From the IMG/VR virus record IMGVR_UViG_3300045988_176028: 64,000 nt of DNA; one strand, given 5' to 3'. How positions within the stretch are numbered: the stretch's first letter is position 1; each line of letters begins with the position of its first letter. Source of the DNA: a virus. Position numbers and translations under genes: made by a program. The notes beneath the pieces are model-generated. The model saw only the letters and a program-made list of their open reading frames with translations. It searched no databases and had not been told where the DNA came from. Below are positions 52,239 through 59,411 of the stretch, one piece after another.

Positions 52239-53269
52239 TTCAACCTCCGGTCGTGTTCCTCCCAGCTCGCGTCCGCTGAATCCGCTATCGCTTCCAACAT
52301 TTGGAACCCGTCCGGCACGGGGAACACGAGCAGTCTGACCAAATGCCGTCCGCCATGGTTCAGATTCTTAGACCGGACGAACGCCACGCCCTTGCAATAG
52401 TTCGACGTGGTGCCATGCCATGCGCCGACGTTCGTTCCCGCTTTCAGAATCGCGTTCACGCTTTCTGCGGTATTGTCCGGGTCGGCCTGCGCCACGCCAT
52501 ACGGGTAGGCGATGCTGGCGATGACGATGTACTTGCCGTACCCGCAGTAGGGTTGGCGTTTCCAACACTCCTCCGCGTAGGCGATGAGCTGTGAGCCGAC
52601 CTTCTCACGCACGCCCAACGTGTTGCCCCTACCCCACGTGGTCGCCTTGCGTTGACCATGCTGGCGGGCTTTCAAATCCGAATCCGTGTAATTGCTGGTA
52701 ATCCAGATTTTGTCCGGCACGCTGAACTTCACCTCATAGCCGTCACACCATGCGGGACGCTCCCCCACGGGAATGTTCCTCCACATGCCGACCACGCTCG
52801 ACGCCAATCCGCCCGTAATCTGATACTGCGGGTTCTCGTCGGAAATCGGAATGATGAGAATGTCCAGCAGATAACAGCCGGAAGGCGCTTCGATGGGCGA
52901 TTGCAGGTAGATGGTCGAATGCCGGTGCAGACTATCATCATCGTCCCACAGGCGCACGTCGGAACCGGCGTCGATTATCGGCTTCACGGTTTCGGCGGCT
53001 CGTGCTGGGAACACGTTCCCGCCGTGGGGTGCCGACACCGTGACCACGGCCAGAAACCGTTCCACCTTCCACGCCTGTTTCATCGTTTTCAGATTCCGCC
53101 ACTTGTCTTTCGCATACCGACGGATTCTCGCACGCCGTAAGGCACGCGTCTTTTCGGTCTGCACGGTGTCGGTGCCGCTCCACCATTCGACGGGGATGGT
53201 GATGGTCAGACGGTATCCGCCGCGTTTAACCGCTACGGTTTGACGAACCATGACGCTCCTCCGAACCAT
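52235..53269 (-). CDS. hypothetical protein with two RusA-like (Holliday-junction-resolvase-like) modules
   Basis: 344 aa. Two segments, ...VVTVSAPHGGNVFPARAAETVKPIIDAGSDVRLWDDDDS and ...IVIASIAYPYG.AQADPDNTAESVNAILKAGTNVGAW, resemble the RusA core (D.DN..K...DA....G...DD). The start is uncertain (alternative Met at 53251). Confidence 0.35.
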   Translation of the reverse strand: MVRRSVMVRQTVAVKRGGYRLTITIPVEWWSGTDTVQTEKTRALRRARIRRYAKDKWRNLKTMKQAWKVERFLAVVTVSAPHGGNVFPARAAETVKPIIDAGSDVRLWDDDDSLHRHSTIYLQSPIEAPSGCYLLDILIIPISDENPQYQITGGLASSVVGMWRNIPVGERPAWCDGYEVKFSVPDKIWITSNYTDSDLKARQHGQRKATTWGRGNTLGVREKVGSQLIAYAEECWKRQPYCGYGKYIVIASIAYPYGVAQADPDNTAESVNAILKAGTNVGAWHGTTSNYCKGVAFVRSKNLNHGGRHLVRLLVFPVPDGFQMLEAIADSADASWEEHDRRLK

Positions 53270-53418
53270 GACGATTCTCCGAACGGACGGTGGCTGCCGG
53301 ACTCATGCACGCCCAGACAGTGCTGGCACATGGTCTCCCCGTCGTATGGGGTTTTCCTGACGCCGCAGCGGACGCAACGGCTGGTTCCCTTGTCGGTCGG
53401 ATGCAGTGTGAATCTCAT
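53233..53418 (-). CDS. 61-aa zinc-ribbon protein
   Basis: CVRCG...CQHC pattern. Overlaps the annotated start of the downstream gene. Confidence 0.3.
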   Translation of the reverse strand: MRFTLHPTDKGTSRCVRCGVRKTPYDGETMCQHCLGVHESGSHRPFGESSWFGGASWFVKP

Positions 53419-53690
53419 TTTCGGCTCCCCATCTCCAATGCGCTGATATCGGCTTTTAGAAGGTCGATGATGTCCTTACGGGTATGGTTGGTCTCGATTT
53501 TGCCGGAAACCCCGTGAAGGGCCTTTAAAGCGACGATACGGTCATGTTCGGCAAGCCACTCATCGTAATCCTTTTCGTCTGCGGGAAGACCGGTCTGAAC
53601 GTAGGCACCATCGCAATACCGGCCACGAACGGTCTCATCATCAAGAGGCCGAACCGGCGAACCAGTCGGAAGCGCGATAGGCAAAAGCAT
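53415..53690 (-). CDS. hypothetical protein
   Basis: 91-aa ORF. Degenerate motif copy P18 lies 22 nt upstream. Confidence 0.4.
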   Translation of the reverse strand: MLLPIALPTGSPVRPLDDETVRGRYCDGAYVQTGLPADEKDYDEWLAEHDRIVALKALHGVSGKIETNHTRKDIIDLLKADISALEMGSRK

Positions 53691-53711
53691 GTTTTCTCTT
53701 TTCCGCTAGCC

Positions 53712-53732
53712 AATGTGGACTAATCCAGTCTA
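53712..53732 (-). promoter_or_regulatory. degenerate copy of the motif (P18)
   Basis: Gene-sense TAGACTGGATTAGTCCACATT. Closest to copy P8. Confidence 0.4.
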
Positions 53733-53999
53733 ACGGAAACAACATTGGAAGAATCTGAAAAGCACGGAAATACGACGAAGAGAAAAAACAGCGAAACGGG
53801 AGGGGCGGGCTTTTTCTTCTTTAGGGAACCCGGGGTAAAGGATTCTCGCTTGTTAACGGTTCACACGGTTTCAGATTTTATCCGGTTTTCTTAAGCAATG
53901 AGAAAAGCCAGTGAGCGGTAATCTAAGTTAAGGATTAACCCGTCTCCATTCCCCGACATAGGGGGGTCACGTCTGTTGGCCTCTACCCAGCAAAAGCAT

Positions 54000-54100
54000 T
54001 TTTCCTATATTTTTTGCTTTTTCAAATTTTTTAAAATTTGAGCCCATATATATTATGTATTAGTTATGTATGTTATGTATATTTATGGGGATGCCTGAAA
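54000..54100. other. AT-rich stretch with short direct repeats (candidate DNA-unwinding element of oriV 2)
   Basis: TTTTCCTATATTTTTTGCTTTTTCAAATTTTTTAAAATTT..., then TTATGTAT repeated three times. Confidence 0.45.
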
Positions 54101-54134
54101 GCCCTTGTGGCAGTAAGGCTGAGAGACTGTTCTT

Positions 54135-54258
54135 ATATTCAAATTGTGAACTTTTCATATTCAAATTGTGAACTTTCATATCTAAATCATAAACTTTTAT
54201 ATTCAAATCATAAGTCAAAAATAGGCAAAAAATGTTTTTCCATACTCAAATTGTGAAC
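54135..54258 (+). repeat. iteron set of oriV 2 (5 copies, 21-22-bp phasing)
   Basis: ATATTCAAATTGTGAAC at 54135 and 54157, ATATCTAAATCATAAAC at 54178, ATATTCAAATCATAAGT at 54199, ATACTCAAATTGTGAAC at 54242. Lies 140 nt upstream of the repA paralog. Confidence 0.7.
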
Positions 54259-54395
54259 AATAGGGTGCTGTAGACAGTGTTGTTGAAAACCTCATAAAAT
54301 ACAGCCCACAGCCTACAATAAAGAAAAAGAGAACCCCTCTGCAATAGGCAGAACAGGGGGGTTCGCTAAAAACCAGAGTAAAAGGAAGTGGTTTC

Positions 54396-55304
54396 ATGTC
54401 CAATGATACACCAGCCGTCAACAAAAAAGACATCAGCTATTCCCCTAGCCTCATGTCGCAGATTGCCATGTTCCCTCTCAAGAACCCCGGTGACGTCCGA
54501 TTCGTGGAAAGGACGAACGGATGCGTGTCCGTGGCGGTAATGCAATCGATGTGGGGTTGGACATATGGGAAGATACCCCGCCTATTTCTGATTTATACTC
54601 GTTCTTTGGTGCAAACAGGCTCCGACAAAGTGGATATGGAGCACCATATCGTCAAGATAGATAAGTCTTTCCACTTATTCTGTGAACAGGTTGGATTGGC
54701 GGCTGGAACCAGTGTCAAAGATGTCGAACAGTCTCTTCTTTGCTTATCCGGAACGACTTTCACGATTTCCCTAATCGGCAAAAGTCCTAATGGGAGACAT
54801 TTCATAGAGGGGCGTAACCTACGTCTTGTGAGTCAATTCCATCTGCGTTTCAATAACTCCAAGTTCGACTATCCGGGTTTTAAAGATGATGGAGACCCGT
54901 CTTCTTATATCCAGTTCTCTGAGGAGATGTGGAGTATGTTCACTGACAATCCGGTGCCGTTGAACAAGAGAATCACCTTCGAGCTTGGCAAGTCGGCTAG
55001 AGCATTGGATATCTACCAGTGGCTTGCCTATAGAGCTTATGGGTTGAAGAAGCCTTTGTTTGTTCCATGGCAGTCTCTCAAGGCTCAATTCGACATATCG
55101 GATACGCCCATGTATTCATTTAAACAAAAGTTCAGTAGAGCCTTAAACAAGGTATGTAAGGCTTGGCCTGAAATCAAAGTCATATGCGGGAAAAACGGGC
55201 TAACCTTATACCCCTGCAAGAGTTCTCTGGACTCCGAGGAACCAGTCCAAAAGACTCCCCAACCGGTGAAGCCAAGGCAGGTGGAACTAAACCCGTTTGC
55301 CTAA
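54396..55304 (+). CDS. repA: RepA-family plasmid replication initiator (paralog 2)
   Basis: 302 aa. YGKIPRLFLIY and RALDIYQWLAYRAYGLKKPLFVPWQSLKAQFDISDTPMYSFKQKFSRALNKV match the RepA C-terminal-domain pattern. Confidence 0.75.
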   Translation: MSNDTPAVNKKDISYSPSLMSQIAMFPLKNPGDVRFVERTNGCVSVAVMQSMWGWTYGKIPRLFLIYTRSLVQTGSDKVDMEHHIVKIDKSFHLFCEQVGLAAGTSVKDVEQSLLCLSGTTFTISLIGKSPNGRHFIEGRNLRLVSQFHLRFNNSKFDYPGFKDDGDPSSYIQFSEEMWSMFTDNPVPLNKRITFELGKSARALDIYQWLAYRAYGLKKPLFVPWQSLKAQFDISDTPMYSFKQKFSRALNKVCKAWPEIKVICGKNGLTLYPCKSSLDSEEPVQKTPQPVKPRQVELNPFA

Positions 55305-55400
55305 TCCAGCCTTCTCAATGAGTAGAAACGTATTCTCCTGTTTTCTATCGTCGGGCTTACACGTGGCAAACCGTTAATTAGTTAAGAAAAGAGCGGTCAT

Positions 55401-56291
55401 ATGATTGACAATAGCAACGAAGGCTACCTTCTGAAAGTTGCCGACAATCTGAAACTTATACCCATCGCTGGCGTCTTCCCTATAGAGAATACGGGAGCTG
55501 AGTTCTTTGAGAAAAGGAACGGAACGGTCACGGTCAATATTGCCCCGGAAAGAGGAAAGTGGGCTTATGGGAAGATTCCTAGGCTTATTCTTCTCTACTT
55601 GAGTTCTTTAATCATGGAAAGGTCTGAGAAAGTCGATTTCGACAAAAAGACTATAGTCTTTAACGAATCATTCCGTTCTTTTTGCAAGCACTCTGGCCTA
55701 ACATATTACGGCGGTTTGGCCGAAAAAGTAGACGAGATGCTGAATCGTATACTGAATACGACTATCCAGTTTAGGGGCCGGTTCGACGCGAAGGAAGAAC
55801 GAATACTGGCCGTGGGAAACTATCGGATTTTCGATTACGGAGAATTCCACTTTCACGACGTGGACACTTCTCGGAAAACATATATCAGATTATCTGACTT
55901 GCTGTGGCGGATTCTTACGGAGAATTGCGTCCCCTTGAACAGAGGTATCGCCGCCCAATTAGGACGTTCCCCCAGAGCTTTGGATATCTACCAGTGGCTT
56001 GCCTATCGAACATATGCCCTGAAAAAGCCCGTCGTCGTTTCTTGGGAGAATCTTCGGAGTCAGTTCGATTCAGCGGATACGCCGATGTACTCTTTCAGAC
56101 GGAGGTTTTGCCGGTCGTTGGAGAAGGTGTCGGACGCGTGGCCGGAGCTGGCGACTTCCGTTGGGGAAAAAGGATTGACGCTCTATCCCAGCAGAAGCTC
56201 CCTCACTTCGGGAAAAGGAAAGGAAAAGGCTTTCGGACAGGGGGCCGTCTCTTCCGCAAAGGAGTCCGCCATGACGGAAAACCCGTTCTAA
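55401..56291 (+). CDS. repA: RepA-family plasmid replication initiator (paralog 3, tandem to paralog 2)
   Basis: 296 aa. YGKIPRLILLY and RALDIYQWLAYRTYALKKPVVVSWENLRSQFDSADTPMYSFRRRFCRSLEKV are clearly paralogous to 54396-55304. Confidence 0.75.
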   Translation: MIDNSNEGYLLKVADNLKLIPIAGVFPIENTGAEFFEKRNGTVTVNIAPERGKWAYGKIPRLILLYLSSLIMERSEKVDFDKKTIVFNESFRSFCKHSGLTYYGGLAEKVDEMLNRILNTTIQFRGRFDAKEERILAVGNYRIFDYGEFHFHDVDTSRKTYIRLSDLLWRILTENCVPLNRGIAAQLGRSPRALDIYQWLAYRTYALKKPVVVSWENLRSQFDSADTPMYSFRRRFCRSLEKVSDAWPELATSVGEKGLTLYPSRSSLTSGKGKEKAFGQGAVSSAKESAMTENPF

Positions 56292-56292
56292 C

Positions 56293-56334
56293 AAAAAGCT
56301 TGGGGCACCGGTTTTTCGATGCCCCAAGCTTTTT
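56293..56334. terminator. bidirectional intrinsic terminator
   Basis: AAAAAGCTTGGGGCA-(12 nt)-TGCCCCAAGCTTTTT, between convergent genes. Confidence 0.7.
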
Positions 56335-56357
56335 GTTGGGAAACGGAGGGGAAAGAG

Positions 56358-57272
56358 CTATGCGACAACGTCGTTGTACATGGCGAAGTTTTGCGCGTCG
56401 GCCATATCCCATGCTGTGAATTCGACTTCCTTCAAGGACTTGTCGTATCCGCAGTTTCGGAGCGCGTAGCGTGCCGCCGCGTCGATGCCTTTGCCGTAGT
56501 GCCCGTCGGCTTCCGCCTTGTCACGGAGTTCGGCAATGCCATGCAAGGCCGCGCTGATAGCCATTCCGGCCATTTTCGTCACGTCATTGTCCGCGCTGAT
56601 GGAGAACGGTTGCCAATCGCATGCGCCGCTTTTCTCGAACACCCAGAATTGCATAGCCACAGGCTTGCGTCTGGTGCGTTGGAATGCTTCCGCCGGACAG
56701 TTCGCAACCGCCTGACGGTAGAACGACGCCTGAATGTGATAACCGTATTCGATGACATGCTTGTGGAAGTCCGTGGCGCTGGCACTGCTCGCGGTCTTCA
56801 AATCCACGAGATAGTCAACGCCGGTCGGAATCAAATCCGGCTTGGCTTTCAATCCCAAGCCGGTATCGTCATCCGTCCACACGATGCACTGTTCGCATGT
56901 GCCTTTGCCGATAAGGTCGTACATGTCGGGACGGGAGTCGATGATGTTCTGCTTCATGCGTTTGAGCAACTGCATATCCTTGTAGGATACGACGATGTTG
57001 TCCATCGCCTCTTGCGCTTCACGCCATGCTTTGTTGGCTTTGTTTTGGAAGGTCTGCCCCTCGTCAAGGCATACGACCTCGCTCGTGTTCAACAGGTAGG
57101 CGTGGAATGCGGTTCCGAACTTCATCGCGTCAGTCGGCGTATGGTCGCCCAACAGTCGGTCGTAAGCCCATTCCTTCGGATTTTTCAGGAACGCTTTCAA
57201 CTGGCTCTGGTCGAGCGCGTCCATGGCGAAGTATTCCTCGTCGGTCGCGTCGATGATTTTCGCTTGGCTCAT
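56358..57272 (-). CDS. PD-(D/E)XK-family recombination exonuclease (RecE/Cas4-like fold)
   Basis: 304 aa. GTAFHAYLL ... KAKPDLIP.GVDYLVDLKTA ... YGYHIQASFYRQA matches the G..H / D...(D/E).K / Y..Q..Y layout of phage/plasmid PD-(D/E)XK nucleases. Confidence 0.6.
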   Translation of the reverse strand: MSQAKIIDATDEEYFAMDALDQSQLKAFLKNPKEWAYDRLLGDHTPTDAMKFGTAFHAYLLNTSEVVCLDEGQTFQNKANKAWREAQEAMDNIVVSYKDMQLLKRMKQNIIDSRPDMYDLIGKGTCEQCIVWTDDDTGLGLKAKPDLIPTGVDYLVDLKTASSASATDFHKHVIEYGYHIQASFYRQAVANCPAEAFQRTRRKPVAMQFWVFEKSGACDWQPFSISADNDVTKMAGMAISAALHGIAELRDKAEADGHYGKGIDAAARYALRNCGYDKSLKEVEFTAWDMADAQNFAMYNDVVA

Positions 57273-57278
57273 GGAGGA

Positions 57279-57941
57279 TTACTCCTCTTCGTCTCCGGTG
57301 ATGGAAGTGTCTTCGCCTCGCGCTTCGGCGTCGGCCTTGACCGCGTCTTCGTCGGGCAGATGCACTTCGACCTTGTTGGTTTCGGCGTTCTGGAAGATAA
57401 CAGGCTCCTCATAGTCGATGGGTTCGCCGGTCTGCGGGTCGAACTCCGGCTGGAGCTTCATGTTGTCAACGTAGTTGTAGGGGTTTCCATCGGCTTCGGC
57501 CTGTGCCCGGTCGATTTCCTCCCACGCGTCCTGCCATGCGGCGTACTCCTCCGCATAACCCGGATATGGTTCGATGTGGCGAATCTCCCAGTCGAGGAAT
57601 TGTTTATCGGTGATGGGCTGGGATGGTTCGAAACTGTTGGTCAGAGAGTCCGGAATCGGAACCGTGTATGATGCTCGGTTCCTTTCCTCCTCCTCGTCGG
57701 TCATCGGTTCGTCGAATACTACTTCGGAGTGGCCGTAATCGGTTGCCATTTTGGTCTTCTTTCTGATTTGCGCGGACATTTCCAAATATTGGACGGTTTC
57801 CAACCACATGCCGTGTGGCATTTCAAGTGGGTTTTTCTCCCACCGTTTATATGTGCTTGTTGACACGTCCAGTACTTCGGCTGTTTCAGCCTGTGTTTTT
57901 CCCGCTTGTATTCGAAGGTTGCGTAATGAGATGTTTCCCAT
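57279..57941 (-). CDS. XRE-family HTH protein with acidic C-terminal half
   Basis: 220 aa. N-terminal LRNLRIQAGKTQAETAEVLDVSTSTYKRWEKN is a classic Cro/CI-type HTH. Confidence 0.65.
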   Translation of the reverse strand: MGNISLRNLRIQAGKTQAETAEVLDVSTSTYKRWEKNPLEMPHGMWLETVQYLEMSAQIRKKTKMATDYGHSEVVFDEPMTDEEEERNRASYTVPIPDSLTNSFEPSQPITDKQFLDWEIRHIEPYPGYAEEYAAWQDAWEEIDRAQAEADGNPYNYVDNMKLQPEFDPQTGEPIDYEEPVIFQNAETNKVEVHLPDEDAVKADAEARGEDTSITGDEEE

Positions 57942-57964
57942 TTTTTAGACAACTCCTTTCCTAC

Positions 57965-57983
57965 AAGTTTCAACCCAACTATA
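57965..57983 (-). promoter_or_regulatory. degenerate copy of the motif (P19)
   Basis: Gene-sense TATAGTTGGGTTGAAACTT, 24 nt upstream of the HTH gene. Weak match. Confidence 0.3.
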
Positions 57984-58083
57984 GCATTGGTTCACTTTTG
58001 AGCCAAATCGTATGATTGAGTATGCTGATAATCGTTGAAATTCAAGGGGACACGCTTGATTTCACAATAGTTCAAATATGACC

Positions 58084-58108
58084 TATACTTGGACATGTCC
58101 ACATAAAA
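58084..58108 (+). promoter_or_regulatory. palindromic variant of the motif, plus-strand copy upstream of the SSB-like gene
   Basis: TATACTTGGACATGTCCACATAAAA. Shares a 15-nt identical core with 12142-12168. Confidence 0.5.
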
Positions 58109-58221
58109 GAACTGACTTCCTCCACTCATGTCAGAGCATGTTCAAACTGTTTCCCGAATGGAAAAGGTTCATGCCTGATATTGGTGTGAGAGGAAAACGA
58201 AAATAAAGGAGAAAGCCAAAA

Positions 58222-59343
58222 ATGGCAGAGCAAGAGCAGTCCGCGTCAGTGCCGTCCACGCTCGACGTGTTCCTCCCCCATATCACTCTTGGACGTTGCT
58301 CCCTCTTCGAGCCTTACGTTTTCAAGCAGAGCGACGATGACAAGAACAAGGACAAGACTCCAAGCAAGCCGTCCTACATGTTCCGTGCGATTCTCGACAA
58401 GCGTCGTGACAGTGCTATCATCAAGAAGATTTCCGGCTATCAGAACGCATATATCGAAGAGCTGAAAGCCAAGCGCATGTTCGACAAGCGTGCCGCAATC
58501 CACTTCGCCCTCGTTGACTGCGATAGTGAGGAAGTCGAGGACAAGGACACCGGCGAACTGGTAATCATGTCCGAACGTGATTCCTCGCTGAGGGGCAAGT
58601 ACATGCTTTCCGCCAAGTCTCGCGCAACCGAACCGCCGAGCGTAGGCTGGGTCGATGACAAGAACATCCTCCACCCCATGCCGAAACATTTCATCGTGAA
58701 CGAGGAAGACCCCGATTCCGTTGAAGAGTACGAACGCCGACTCGACTTCTGGAAAGACAAGGTGTATGCGGGACAGTATGCGAGTGCCGTGCTTCGTCTT
58801 TCCGGCTGGCATCAGGCCAAGATTGGTCAGGGTGTGACCGGTCGAATCAAGAGCGTTGTCATTATCGGCGGTGGTACTCCGGCTGGCATCATGTCCCTTG
58901 AGGATGCTTTCACCGAAGAGCAGATTGCTGAAATGGTCGCATGGCGTGACCAGATGGTGCCGGATTACGAGTCGGGCGACGACCCGTGGAACAAGCGTGT
59001 CAAGCTTCGTTCCAGTTCTGACGTTGACGATTATGCTGAGGATGACGATGTGGAGGAAGAGGAGACTCCGAAGCCGCGTCGCAAGGCGAAGCCGGTCAAG
59101 CCGGTCGAACCGGAACCGGAAGAAGAGGACGACTACGAGTATGAGGAGGAGGCTCCGAAGCCGCGTCGTAAGACCAAGCCCGCCCGTAAGGTGAAGCCGG
59201 TCGAACCGGAAGAGGAATACGACGGCGTGGAGGAAGAGGAGGTTCCCGCTCCCCGACCGCGTAAGACCCGTAAGCCTGTCAAGGAAACGGTCGAAGACGA
59301 TTACGACTCCGACTTTGACGAGGGTGCGGACACCGAATGGTGA
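58222..59343 (+). CDS. gp2.5/DUF2815-like single-stranded-DNA-binding protein with repetitive basic/acidic C-terminal tail
   Basis: 373 aa. N-terminal ...ITLGRCSLFEPYVF.......SKPSYMFRAILDKRRDSAIIKKI follows the DUF2815 pattern (V.LS....FEP ... KYS..L.I.K.D). The C-terminus has three PKPRRK.KP.K(P)VEPE-type repeats and ends in an acidic tail with a terminal aromatic residue (DSDFDEGADTEW), as in T7 gp2.5-type SSBs. Confidence 0.5.
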   Translation: MAEQEQSASVPSTLDVFLPHITLGRCSLFEPYVFKQSDDDKNKDKTPSKPSYMFRAILDKRRDSAIIKKISGYQNAYIEELKAKRMFDKRAAIHFALVDCDSEEVEDKDTGELVIMSERDSSLRGKYMLSAKSRATEPPSVGWVDDKNILHPMPKHFIVNEEDPDSVEEYERRLDFWKDKVYAGQYASAVLRLSGWHQAKIGQGVTGRIKSVVIIGGGTPAGIMSLEDAFTEEQIAEMVAWRDQMVPDYESGDDPWNKRVKLRSSSDVDDYAEDDDVEEEETPKPRRKAKPVKPVEPEPEEEDDYEYEEEAPKPRRKTKPARKVKPVEPEEEYDGVEEEEVPAPRPRKTRKPVKETVEDDYDSDFDEGADTEW

Positions 59344-59355
59344 TTGACTGATTCT

Positions 59356-59408
59356 AAAGAGTTATCCCAACCTACAAGTTTCTGTTGTAGGTTGGGATAA
59401 CTCTTTTT
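59356..59408. terminator. bidirectional intrinsic terminator
   Basis: AAAGAGTTATCCCAACCTACA-(9 nt)-TGTAGGTTGGGATAACTCTTT plus TT. 21-bp perfect stem between convergent genes. Confidence 0.75.
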
Positions 59409-59411
59409 AGG

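Noticed and set aside
54135-54258. The GTGAAC core shared between the oriV 2 iterons (CAAATTGTGAAC) and the regulon motif (TGTGTGAACAATTCC) as evidence that one protein binds both
   Set aside because: Only 6-8 nt are shared and the flanks differ. This cannot be distinguished from chance by eye.
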